64,000 nt of DNA, taken from Balanoglossus misakiensis (taxonomy: Eukaryota; Animalia; Hemichordata). The stretch lies in assembly GCA_040954595.2 (NCBI GenBank), contig CM082583.2:8182849-8246848 (forward strand), read 5' to 3'. Every line of letters starts with the position of its first letter. The first letter of the stretch is position 1. The position numbers and the translations under genes were made by a program. The notes beneath the pieces were generated by a model. That model had not been told where the DNA came from, did not search any database, and was given only the letters and a program-made list of their open reading frames with translations. Positions 1-12,283 of the stretch are shown here, one piece after another.

Positions 1-3000
1 GCAAACATTGACTCTGCTTGTCTGTACAATCCTTCTTCTTCCAGAAGTAGGCCGTGGATGTTACTGGCGGTCGGATCATCCTGCTTACGATCTGACGGTA
101 AAACACAACATAATCAGGTCAACTAAACAAAGGACAATTTCTCATATCAGTGTCAAAGATGGTGAATACAAATATAATTTTACCTGTGTATTTTCCTATA
201 GCCACAGCAGCAGAAGTGACTGCTCCCATTTGTACAATGTTATACTTGTAAAGCTCAGAACTTTTGTCAATTGTCTTTCCAAATACACTGCTGCAGACCC
301 AATGTGCGTAACCAAGGGAACCTTCCAGCTGTGAAAATTACAATGTCACTGTTAAGTCATGTCTTGTACATATATAGTTACATTTATGAACACTATATTT
401 GGTGTGCATGACAGTTGTTGTGACTTAATCCATGAATATAAAACTTACATGAGTTGCCAGTTCTGTGGTGTGTCTAAACAAATCCATGGCTTCTTCACTG
501 CCAATAGTTTCCGCAACCAATGCCTTGGATGGAAAAAAAAGACAGGTTAGACTAAAATATCGCACGTGCCAGTGTTTGCTTTGGGATTACAAAGTTCTGA
601 GAGCTTCTGAATAGCATGCAACACTACAGCCTTCAGAGTCAATAAAAGAGAAAGATTTACCTGTCCAATCCAGCATGCAACATAGGACGGCTCTAATGAC
701 TGAGCAGTTTTGAATGCTTTGTGTGCTAATTCTATTTGATGATGGCTATAGTAGAGGGCACCCAGGTTTGTCCAGGCTACAACATTCTGGAAGCGAAATG
801 AAACATGATACAAATCATCTTCATCTTCACTATCATCATCATCATCATCGTCATCGTCATCGTCATCATCATCATCATCATCACCACCACCACCACTAGT
901 TGAACAATATTGTCTATCACAGAGGCAAATTATCAGAACCATTATGATTACTACAATTTGACTTACATTATTCTCTGCATGAATTGATTTGATGAATGCA
1001 TGTTGGGCCAACTTTGGGTTGTCTATTACTGCAAAGACAAAAAACAGGCAATCACATTAAATATAAGCAAATTATGTATTACAACCTGAATTTTCTGAGA
1101 TAATATCTTTGATTATACTCACATTTTGTTGCTGCCATCAGACCCAGGGCATTCCAGTGGAGGTGGTTGTTGACATCCAACGACACAGCTTTTTGCAAAC
1201 ACTACAAACCAACAGAGAGATTTATTCAAGTCAGCTCGGAAAAATAATTTGCAACAGCAAAAATTATGCATATGCAGACAAAACTGACCAATGGAATACA
1301 TGTACAAAAAAAATGACAAACAATAAACACCAATCACCTGCACAGCTTTCTTGGCCAGCTCCAAACATTCATTGCCATCAGCGTCCTCTTCCTGTGATTG
1401 TCTGAAGTAATTCACACCCAGATCGTGCCACAGATTACTCGTGTCTGGTTTCAAACTCAGGGCTCTGCCATAACACCTACAAGGTACAACCAAGATTTAC
1501 TAATGAAGAGTGAATGCACTCCTTCATTGAACTAAGGTATCCGGAGGGAACATGGGACATGAGTGAACACTTCAAATTGTTAGCATGAGCCTCGAAAAAT
1601 CAAAGTCTTCAACTTTTTATGCCATGCTGGACTCTGTTGGTTGACCACGGAACTTACTTGGCTCCGAGTGTCAAGACTTCCATTTTCCCCATGGTAATCA
1701 CCTGCTCCTCTTGCAATCCCCTCTCAAGTAAACTCTTGGGTACATCGATCCTGTCAGAGGGAACAAAGAACAACAGAAATGCAAGACAGTTGATCCAGAT
1801 GTCAAACATCTATCCTCTTTCAATTAATGTCAAAATTTACATTCGCCACCCACATAACGAGGCAACATGCAAAATATAAAACTGAATTGTTGCAGTAATC
1901 ACAAATTGTACATTGTACCTTACAAGCTGTTTGTCCAGTGAATGGATGACAGTACAAGCATCGCCAAGTAGCTTCCAGAGACAGGACACGTCGGGTCTGT
2001 GTCTCACAGCTCTCGATAAATATCTAATGGCTTCACCTGCACGGTCGACCACTCGGCCATTGAAGAAAGCAACGCTGGCAGATCTGGCCAATGAGATGAG
2101 AGTCTCACCAATACCTGCCAAATCATGTAAAAAGAGAAGATTGCTGACTGACTGATGTGTCATTGTTAGCTACATCTAGGAAAACAGGCTCTCTTGCTAT
2201 TCATTGTAGTCAAAATCTAAAAATTCTTGAAAAAAAAATTATTTGCAGATTTGAATTTGAGAATGATCACATTATGGTGAACAGAAAAGACAAACCTTTC
2301 AAAGCAGGTACATATTCGGCTGAATTAGCAAGAATAACTTTATACTCAGTCACTGCCTCTGACAGCAATCCTAGAGTCTGCTTGATGTCTGCAATTCTAC
2401 AGGAAAAATTAAAGGAAAAAACTTGCGGAAATGCCAAAGTAGCATTTGACCCCCCTAGAAAAATTATCACAAAAACATTAACATTGAAAAGGTACAAAAT
2501 AACTCGTACTGCTGTAGTATACTCAGAAACAATGTTTACCATGCTTATCGATATTATAAAAACAGACTTACTGAAAATGACAATATATTGAAGTTGGGTC
2601 AAGCTGAAAGGAAATAGAAAATACATGATATTGTTATCAGAATAGCAACATGTATAAAACGAAGAGAACATTTTGGTGTATCAATTCATTGTCTTATAAA
2701 CTAGAAATCTTACCTCTGATGCCCTAGTGAATGCTTTCAATGCTGCTGTATAACTTCCCCTGCTGATGTACGCCTCTGCCAAACATTCCCAACAACACCT
2801 GCAAAAATCATATGTACACAGTGAACACAAACTCCTTCAATTGTCACCTACCCATACAGATTGTCTTTTGCAGATATTGACTTCATACATTTTTTTTCAT
2901 AAAGTGAACAAAAAAGAACAGCACAGACAAAACAACTTACACGTCTTTTGGATCAGCTCTTAGTGCATGCTGGAAACTGTTTGGGATAAAAAGTAAAACA

Positions 3001-6000
3001 CCATGTCATTGCGAGTTTGAAATTTTGAACTGTATTATTCCAAGTCTCAATTTCTCATCTCTGTCTGTCTGTCTCTCTCTCTCTCTCTTACTCTCTCTCG
3101 CTCTCTCTCTCTCAAGCAAACTGTATCACCTTCTATGCACACTTTATGATGACGTTCTGTCCAACATTCGAAGAAAAAAATTGTTCACCTGGCCACTGAC
3201 TTGGTGTAGTCTCTCTGTTTCAGCTGGTACAACCCTAGTCTGAGCCACGCCCACTTTGCTGTTCCAGCGCTGGCTCGACTTGTCACTGAACTGTACAATG
3301 ACAATGCTGCTTCCTGTTAAAAATCAAGAAATTCAATTACATGTACCAGTGAGTGCCATGACACAGACAGAGACAAAGGTAGGCTATGGCATAGTTACTA
3401 CATGCTATCTGATGCACTTGGCAGTATTCTCAGAATATTCAACTCATGGTACTGCCCTGGCAAGTACTTGGGATTGTACACCAGTTATAAGGCAGACATT
3501 TTTTTAATCATCTCTGTTTCAAACTTACTTCTTCTCCCAGGGCTAACAATGCATCCCCAAGTGCAGCTCCTGCTTCATCATTTCTTTTGTCCAAATCAAA
3601 GGCTTTCTGATAACACCTTTTGGCTTTGCTGCAAAAGAGACAGGCACAGACTTTGTTTTGTTTTCTGGTTAAAATGACATAATTTCTTTGTTAATATACA
3701 GTATATGATGTTTGAAATCATTTCAGTAAACTACAGCAAGAAACACAAGATCATCAAATCTTTAAATTACAGGTGTGTATTTTGCTATGTCTAAATGGCT
3801 GCTCATACATACTTGATATCTCCTGCTATTTCTTGATAATAGTGGCCAAGATATAGGAAATTATCAGAGTGGTAGGGTTCCAATTTGGCAGCCTGAAAGA
3901 AAGTTTCATGACAGAATAATTTATAACTGAGTATATATAGAACATTTAGCCAACAATTGATACTACAAATAAACTTGAAATGTAACTTTACCTTTAGAAA
4001 GTTATTGAAGCACTTATTTTTGTCACTTCGCTCCCCTTGTCCCATCTGCCAATAAATTCTTCCAAGCTGGTGGTAGTACAAGGCAGTAGTCTTACTGGCT
4101 GAAATGGCCTTCAGAATACTTTGGTGCAAAGAAAATGAACATATAGTGTTTAATATCTCAAACTAAAACGATTGTCACTCCCCTTCCAAAACTATTCAAA
4201 TCGGACTGCTGTTACTGTAGGATGCTGATTATTCTCACCTCTGCTCTGCTTCACACAGATTGCCCCGAAGAAATTCTGTCCATCCTTTCAATGCCAGAAC
4301 AGCATGGCTATCAGGATCCAAACTAGCTGCTCTCTCACAGAACTAAATAACAAACATTCTCAAGTTCATGAACCGGTTTAAAGCAAGTGAAAAACAAAAC
4401 GTTCATTACCGATTATAACATCAAATAGCAAAAAGGCTTTTAAAGTTCTGTTTGCAGAAGTGTCTAGTTTATATAGGTTCTTGTAACAATTGGTTCTACA
4501 CAAACCTCTTCTGCTTTGTCCATGTCATCAATCACCAGATAAGCCTTGCTCAGACTAATCAACACGTCTTGCTGGGAGGAATCGTCTTCAAGAAGCTACG
4601 AAGGAATATAGATATTTCTATCTTCATTAATACACATGGTTTTATTTAATTTGTTCGTACATGTACCATGGTCCATTCAAATTCAAGGCATCTTTCACTC
4701 ACACCAACACTAAAAATCAAACTCACCTTTTGATAGATTTCAATCGCTTTATTGATGTTATTAGGCAGACGACTTTTCACCAAACTGACACAAAGCATTG
4801 AGTTCAGTTCACGGTGTAGTTTCTTCTGACTTTCAGACGGTAATTTGCAATCTTTCTTCAACAGTTTGGTACCTGAGATGCAAAACAAGTATCCAATTGA
4901 TCAAGTGAGTGGTTTAATTGTGATGTAAGCATAGGCTTCATTTTAGCCTTGCACTCACAATATGAACACTATATATCATGACAATTCCTAACCTTGGTTT
5001 GCTGAAGTCTGCACCCCATCATAATCACAGACATTGTATTGAGCCTGGCACAGGAAATACAGTCCAACAATGAAACTCTGGTTACTCTTGACACCTAGGT
5101 TTTATGCACACACAAAAAGACAGAGAAAATGAGACATTAACTAGATATGAATGTGATATATTTTACATAGCATGGTTATTATTTTATTCAGATACTCCAA
5201 CTTTACTTCTTTACTTTCAAGCAGTGTCTGATTGCAACTGGCCACTGAGTTAGATTTAAATTTGAAGTTACCAATGTGGGTTTGTGACTTACCATTTTGG
5301 AGTAGTTCCCTAGCTGCCATGTAATCTTTCTGTATCAGTTTGCTGTATCCCAATGTAATCTGTGCCATAGGCAATGATGCATCTATCTCATTCAGCTTGG
5401 TGTAGACTTCCAAAGCCTTCTGGGAATCTGACTCTGGAAGTTGGACACAAATATAAGCTTTATCATCAGTAACAGATATTCTCAAACTCTACAATCACAT
5501 ATATCATGTACAACAAATATCACCAACACATCGTGTGATACAAAACAAAACACACAAGGTTGAAAAACGAGAAAGTGTGACCACCTTGCAGTCTCTGCAG
5601 GTAGAATTTGCACAGCAGCTCCATAGAGAAAGATGACGTTGGATACTTGGAGGCCATTTTGTGACACTCTGTCTCAAATTTGTCCGCATTCTCTGCAAAG
5701 GCCTAAAATAAATGAAAGCATAAAAAAATCATAAAACCAAAATCTGTTTCTTTATTGTCTTTTCTTGATACAACAATAACTATAATTTGTAATGTACCAC
5801 TTCTGCACAAAAGAAACCATTTTGCAAAACACTTACGTATTTGTCGAATAATAAGTTGATGTACTTCTCATGCCACTGTTTGTTGTCTCTGCTGGGTTCA
5901 GAAGACTCCACGATCTTCTCCAGGGATTTCTCAAACTTTGATGAGAAAAAACACAAGCAAATTATCTTAATTTTGTTGTTGTTGTAAAAATTCTACATAT

Positions 6001-7181
6001 TTTTTATAACATTTAAAAGTTGTGAGACAGTATAATCTGACAGCATGACATGACTAGAGAAAAATCTTTCAGTTTTACCCGTTCTGCATAATCATCAGGA
6101 ATTGTTTTCAAGGATGATAGCATTGTTGCCAGGTTCTTGCAGGCATCTAGTCTGTCACTCTCTTCTATACTGGGATTTTTACTGACTTTCTGCCAGATGT
6201 CAACAGCCTGTAAACATATAAACACATCAACAAATCATCAAATGTTGGTGCATGATATCAGAGTTATGACTGCCATGTTCTGTGATAGGATATACCTATA
6301 GTTTACAGGATCAGAAATTTTAGTAAATATATCGTGGAAACAACTCACCTGAAGATCATTTCCAATCTGTTTGTACAGTACAGCTAATTTTCTGGCAACA
6401 TCCCTCCATTTAGTCTTATCCGAAGCTTCATAAATTTCCATCATTTTGTCATATGCATCAGCCAGTTCTGCCTGGTACTCAGGAACTTTTCTCTTTTCAT
6501 AAAATCCTGACAGACCCTGAAAAGTTAGGAGTCATAATACCTTTTGAGTTACACAGATTGTGTATGTGTACTTTCTATTATATTAACTCATGTCAAAACT
6601 ATTGTAGCTACAAAGAAGACTGAAATCCACATAGTAATTTTATTCAGAGGCTGACCAGTATCTGTGGACATAATTTTGTTTCAAGGGTTTTCATTCAATC
6701 TGGAAACATAGACGGTAGACGAAATCTCACTTCTACTGTCTACATTGTAACCTGCATAAAGACATATCGGAGTGACCACGGTAATTACCTGCCATGCTAA
6801 GATCTGTTTGGGATCGGTGTCAATGGCCTTCTTGTACGCCATTCTGGCCTGGTCCGGTTGATCACTCTCAGAAGCCGCCACTCCAAAAAACACCAATGCA
6901 TTGTAGTTGGTTTTATCTTGCTTCAACACAGCCTATGTGTGATCATGTGTACAAATCAATAGGTTATTCACTTCGCTAGGGAGGTCAATTTACTTGGGCC
7001 CTTACAGCCCCTTGTCCAATATAATGTCACTGTGATGTTACTAAATTTTTTGATGTTACCAAATTCTTTCTAAAACATATACCTTGCAATGCTTCTGTGC
7101 TTCTTTGTATTCTTTGTTCTTGATGGCTTCTTTAGCATTTTTCAAGAGACTTTTGATTTCTTTGCTCATTCCACTTGCCAT
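1..7181 (-). CDS. TTC37: Superkiller complex protein 3 / tetratricopeptide repeat protein 37, multi-exon; 3' part extends beyond the window start
   Basis: First coding exon 7181-7083 [33 protein letters not shown], then [47 protein letters not shown], matching the SKIC3/TTC37 N-terminus. Many TPR exons follow (e.g. [11 protein letters not shown]...[19 protein letters not shown]). A likely non-coding exon ends near 7558. Confidence 0.96.
817..897. repeat. Compound (CAT/CGT/CAC)n trinucleotide microsatellite in a TTC37 intron
   Basis: Visible run catcatcatc...cgtcatcgtcat...caccaccac. Confidence 0.9.
3060..3113. repeat. (TC)n/(TCTG)n microsatellite, intronic
   Basis: tctgtctgtctgtctctctctctc... 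Confidence 0.9.
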
Positions 7182-7304
7182 TTTTCCAAGTTTCAATATT
7201 TTACAAAAGTCAACCAATTCCTTAGAAAAGAATGAAAATTTAGTTACTTTCTAAGAAAAGTAAGTATAATTGAGAGATTTGGACCATCCCTTTTTATAAC
7301 AATG

Positions 7305-7387
7305 CGGGGGGTGTCAGTGATTTTTAATACAACATTAACAGTGACACCCCCCCCCCCCCCCCCCGGAAGAAACTGATCAATCCCTTA
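7305..7387. repeat. Short inverted repeat with poly-C tract, possibly a MITE relic
   Basis: ggggggtgtca ... tgacacccccc inverted pair, then a long C run and an ...atcaatccc|tta end. Confidence 0.4.
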
Positions 7388-7559
7388 AAACTATTGTACG
7401 TGCACGCGATCGTGCTTCATGCATGTCCGAGACACATATCGCATATATGTCTTTAAGATTTCCACATTTTCTTCCCAGATTTGGTTGCACAGGATGGATA
7501 TTGACATCCTTGTATCATGTGTTATATATTCTCAGGTGCTATTTGGAATCAACATACCT

Positions 7560-7820
7560 GTTAAAATGCGATCCTGAACTAGGCTGACGGAAAATCTTCG
7601 ACCATTCAAACAAGTATCTTTGGCAAGAAGTAACATTCATACACAGCATTACAAATCTTGCAAAACATGACCGCATTTGCTCGTTTTATATCGCGCCTGG
7701 ATCTGGACGAGCTCACTCCAAAGAATAGGTCAAAGGTCAAATGTATTGTCATGTGACTCGCTCCAGCCTAGTCACCTGACTGTCGGATTTCTTGGGAAGT
7801 TTGTTATGATTCCTTAGCAT
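7560..7820. promoter_or_regulatory. Bidirectional promoter TTC37/ARSK with a perfect DR1 and CLEAR/M-box-like motifs
   Basis: Head-to-head genes. AGGTCAaAGGTCA at 7727-7739, GTCATGTGAC at 7748-7757, GTCACCTGAC at 7771-7780. Confidence 0.6.
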
Positions 7821-10433
7821 ATGCTTAGTACACAATCCATAAAGCTTGTTATGGCTACGGGAAACTTGAGGGGATGGGATATGACAATAATCACTCTGGT
7901 GCTAATGTTTACTTCAACTGAATCAACACTGCCAAAGGAAGACTTGCAACGTCAAACAATATCCACAAGTCAAAAACAAAACATCATATTCATCATCTGT
8001 GATGCCATGGTAAGTTTGCATTACATACTTTCGAAACGGTTGACTTAGTTGGTTTTTAACTTATTTCCTTATTTGTCACTCTCAGGCATAACGCATACAA
8101 GTAATGTACTTATTTTGGTGATCAATCAGTAAAACGATTTGTAATATTTGGTGACTTACAGCCAATGGTTTTGTTTTATTCATTAGGATGGCAGACTGGT
8201 AGGAAAAAATAACACAGCATTAACAATGGATAATATCAATGGGCGTTTGGTTTCAAAGGGTGTAACATTCACCAATGCTTACACCAATTCACCAATATGC
8301 TGTCCATCAAGATCAGGTAATGATTATACGTTGTTTAAAATCAATTTTTTCTTGATATGAAATTGTTGTGCTAAAGGTTTCATTGATTTTTCACATTAGG
8401 TGTGTGACTATATTGTTCAATTTTTACTAATTTCTCTTCATTTGGTTTTCCTAGCATTATGGAGCGGTCTGCATACCCATATCACCCAGTCCTGGAATAA
8501 CTACAAAGGTCTTCCAAAAGACTATCCCACCTGGAAAGACTACCTGGAAAAGGCAGGATATGATACCAAAATACTTGGAAAAACGGACTACACGTCTGGT
8601 CACCATTCCCTCAGGTGAGCGTACCATATTTTATTAGGTTCAGGTTTCAGTTAAGTTGAGTAAATCACCATGATCTTGTCACTGAGTGATCCAGTCATGT
8701 CATGTTTTTTGAAACTATTTTTAATAAAATAAATATTTTGAAATTAATAGTCTCGTTTGAACCACTTCCAGTAACCGAGTTGAAGCCTGGACAAGGGATG
8801 TCAATTTCACCCTGGCTCAAGAAGGGAGACCGGTGACAGTTCTTGTTGGAGATAAACACACAGCGAGGGTAAACTCAGAAGATTGGCCCTGTGTTGACCT
8901 GGCAAGGGACTGGTTGAAAAGCAGAGAACCTGGTGATAAACCATTCATGTTGTACATAGGAATCAATCTTCCACATCCTTACAAAACCACAGAAGATGGT
9001 CCCAACGCAGGAGGATCAACATTTATGACATCCCCTTATTGGCTTGAGAAAGTTGACATGTCAAAGGTCACCGTTCCCAAATGGACACCATTGGATCAGA
9101 TGCATCCAGTGGACTACTACGAAACTGCAACCAAAAATTGCTCTTCTAATTTCACTGATGATGAGATTCTGAAGATAAGGGCTTACTACTATGCAATGTG
9201 TGCAGAAGTGGACGGAATGGTGGGTATGTGTAAATCAAAATAACTTATCAAACATTTGTTGATATTCATGACTTTCCTGTTGTTTCGATCCCTAACACAA
9301 GTGCTATGAGTGTCAGTGAGAGCAAAGCTGTTGGATTATTCCATTGTCCTGGTAGTGATTTTTCCCCTTTTTTATTTTCACATCCAGGGGAACTGCTGGA
9401 CCAGCTGGACAGGTCTGGCTTCAGCAACTCAACAACTGTGATCTTCACTTCAGACCACGGTGACATGGCGATGGAACACAGGCAGTTCTACAAGATGACC
9501 ATGTACGAAGGCAGTTCACACGTTCCTCTGGTCATTACGAGTCCGAGTGAAGAGACCCAAGCCACCAAAGTTGACCATCCTGTCAGTTTGGTCGACATCT
9601 ATCCCACTCTAATGGGTATGGAAAGCTTGTTAAGTTACCTACATGCACACCCACCAGCAACCAAAAATATTCACTCAATAACAAAACTTTTTCTGTGAAA
9701 CAGTAATTCTCTATTTAACTTCTTGTGTGAATTTGGATTGTGATTTTGGTTTTGATATTTGCACAAGAGATTGTGATTTGACTTTGGTCAATTTTTTATG
9801 ACTTCAGACATTGCAAACACAGCTGGACCCGATCATCTTAATGGAACATCCCTTATGCCATATTTGGATGCAAGAGTAGGTCATCGCGATCGACCTGATT
9901 GGGTGTTGAGCCAGTACCATGGTTGCAACGTCAACATGTCTACATACATGCTGAGAAGAGGGAAGTGGAAATATATTACATATGGGAATGGCAAACAGGT
10001 CTCACCTCGTTTATTCAGTAAGGTTCTTCATGTTTACTCATATACCTTTTGCATATGCTATTGGCCTTTACAGATTTAGTGAAATGGGGTGAAAGGGTAA
10101 AGTCCTTCTGTTGAAAATACCATATTTTTGACTTTTTACATTCATGCTTATACAGACCTTGATGACGATCCCGATGAACTGCACGACTACGCCATGGAAA
10201 GGCAAGACATTGTTACACAACTGGACGAGACACTCAGAGCCATCATAGACTACCCTAGTGTCAGTGCACAAGTCAAGAAGTACAACAAGGAATCTTTTCT
10301 GGAATGGAAGAAAAGCGTTGGTGATAAATACAACGAAACTATAGCAAACCTGAGGTGGTTTATGGATTGGCAGAAAGACCCCAAACGGAATCTACAGAAG
10401 ATAGAAGAGTGGCTAAGCTCTCCAGACGGATGA
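7821..10433 (+). CDS. ARSK: Arylsulfatase K (lysosomal glucuronate-2-sulfatase), 7 coding exons; start codon could be 7821, 7851 or 7881
   Basis: Signal-like N-terminus and NIIFIICDAM. Sulfatase motif PICCPSRS|ALWSGLHTHITQSWNNYKGL, then GKTDYTSGHHSLSNRVEAWTRDV, FTSDHGDMAMEHRQFYKMTMYEGSSHVPL and WVLSQYHGCNVNMSTYMLR, all characteristic of ARSK. Confidence 0.96.
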
Positions 10434-10943
10434 AGTTTCATTCCTATCCACTAACAGGCTTCACTTGTCATTTACATTTTTTGATATATTTTACACTTTT
10501 TATAAAACCAATAAATTTTTGCTTTAATGATATACATGTGAATTTTTGTTGATGACGTGTGTCTGCTCACTGTCACTCCATCATGAACTGGTGAACAATA
10601 TTCTTAAATGAATTTAAGTATAAGTGAATCACAACAAAACATGAACAGGTTGTGAAATGAAAATGTTTTAATCAAACGCAAGAATTACACAATTCAGAAA
10701 TCACTATTTTACCCCATGCATGTATAGGTAGGCTCTGGGTATTTACATTATAATCTTGCAAATCACACATCAGAACATGCAATGAATATATTCACTGACA
10801 TCTAAAATACACTAGGGTCACATTCATGTAGATTCCCTTGTAAAGGCTGAACAACTGCACATGCTTGAGTGAAGTTTTGATCAATCAGGTCTTGTTGAGG
10901 AAATTCCCTGTAGTTGTCGGCAGGTAGACAACTTCTGTTGATG

Positions 10944-10985
10944 ACTCGCATCTAAATTCTGTACACTCGCATCTAAATTCTGTAC
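10944..10985. repeat. Perfect 21-bp tandem duplication in the SDHAF4 3' UTR
   Basis: actcgcatctaaattctgtac twice. Confidence 0.9.
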
Positions 10986-11061
10986 ACAGCCTCACTTCCA
11001 ATCTATCAAATACATGTAGCTGTAAAAAGTCTATGTAGTGCCTAGGCAGAGGATTCATAAT

Positions 11062-11659
11062 TTAAAAATCAATGCAGCGTCCTTTTCTTTCCCAATCTCC
11101 ATATCTGGTAGGTTCTGGCCCCCTCGGCCCACCCTGTTCCCCTGTGTGTGGATTTATGTCATCTGGCCATCTCTCCAGAGGTTCTTTTTCAGCATGCGGA
11201 TGCTGTCCCACAGGCCAGCTCTCCTTCCGATCACAGCCATCGTCATGCTTTCCGACTGGCGTCACTGGTTTCTTCATCTCACTTTTCTTATCACTGTACA
11301 GTCTTGCCTGAACAGGAATGGTTCTTGCTACACTTGTAAATGCTGTAAAAAAAAGTTATATTCACCACTGGTAAAAAAGGGGCCACTAGAACCACAGTCT
11401 GTATACATTACAAGTATTCAGTACATACATGTTACTTTGTAGCAGTTTTTTTAACTTCCTGTGTACATTGCACTGGACTGGTGCAGGTGCGACCTCAATC
11501 ACATTACGTGCACCCCTTTCCACGATCGTTGTTTTCCCCCAAAAGAAAGTCCCGACGCTTATATTTTCGATGAGGATATAGGTTAAACTCACCTTTGGTA
11601 CGCACAGCCAAAGAATTAATAACGCCGGTCACAGAGCATCTGTACACGATCGAAGCCAT
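11062..11659 (-). CDS. SDHAF4: Succinate dehydrogenase assembly factor 4, mitochondrial (2 exons: 11659-11593, 11342-11062)
   Basis: C-terminus [31 protein letters not shown] is the DUF1674/Sdh8 signature. The basic N-terminus resembles a transit peptide. Confidence 0.95.
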
Positions 11660-12283
11660 CTCGATGCGAAGTGTTATGTATCGAGCCAGCTGACCTTACG
11701 CAACCCCAGGCCTTTTAACTTACTGAAAATATATCCTTGGAAAAAATTTCCACCATCATAGAGGGCTTATATTTCTTGTGAAAATCAAAGACTCTCCTTA
11801 CAAAGTGATACGACATGTTTTTCGGTATATTTTTTACTCAAACCCAATTATAAAATCCTTTTCTACCATTTTTTGTTCAGTACGGAACAAAATTTTGATT
11901 TTAAAAACTGTTGAACTTGTTTTTCCCACAATGCACCACTTGGCGGGGAGTTCAAGATGGCGGAGACCATGTAGAGAGAGGTAAGGAGAGGTGGTCTCCT
12001 CCTTCAAGTTGTTTTTTCTCATAAAATTGGCCGTGTTTCGTTCATAAATTCGTAGATAACGATTACCACATTGGTTTTCCTGACATTTGAATCTTTGAAG
12101 ACATTCTTGCCATAGCGAAAAAAGTTTTTATTGTCAGATTTCAAACTTTGACATGTTTTGGACTCGGACCGTGACACTCGTGTTTTGACTTGTTTTTTAT
12201 TCGAACACAGGTTATGAACAGATGACAAATAACAACACTCTGCAGCGAACTCATCCACATTTGTAGAAATAAGAAAAGTCGCC

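Noticed and set aside
547-1011. 154-aa ORF with poly-Asp/Gly, and the antisense poly-His ORF 714-899
   Set aside because: An intronic microsatellite read in frame with a small TTC37 exon (~661-790). Not a separate gene.
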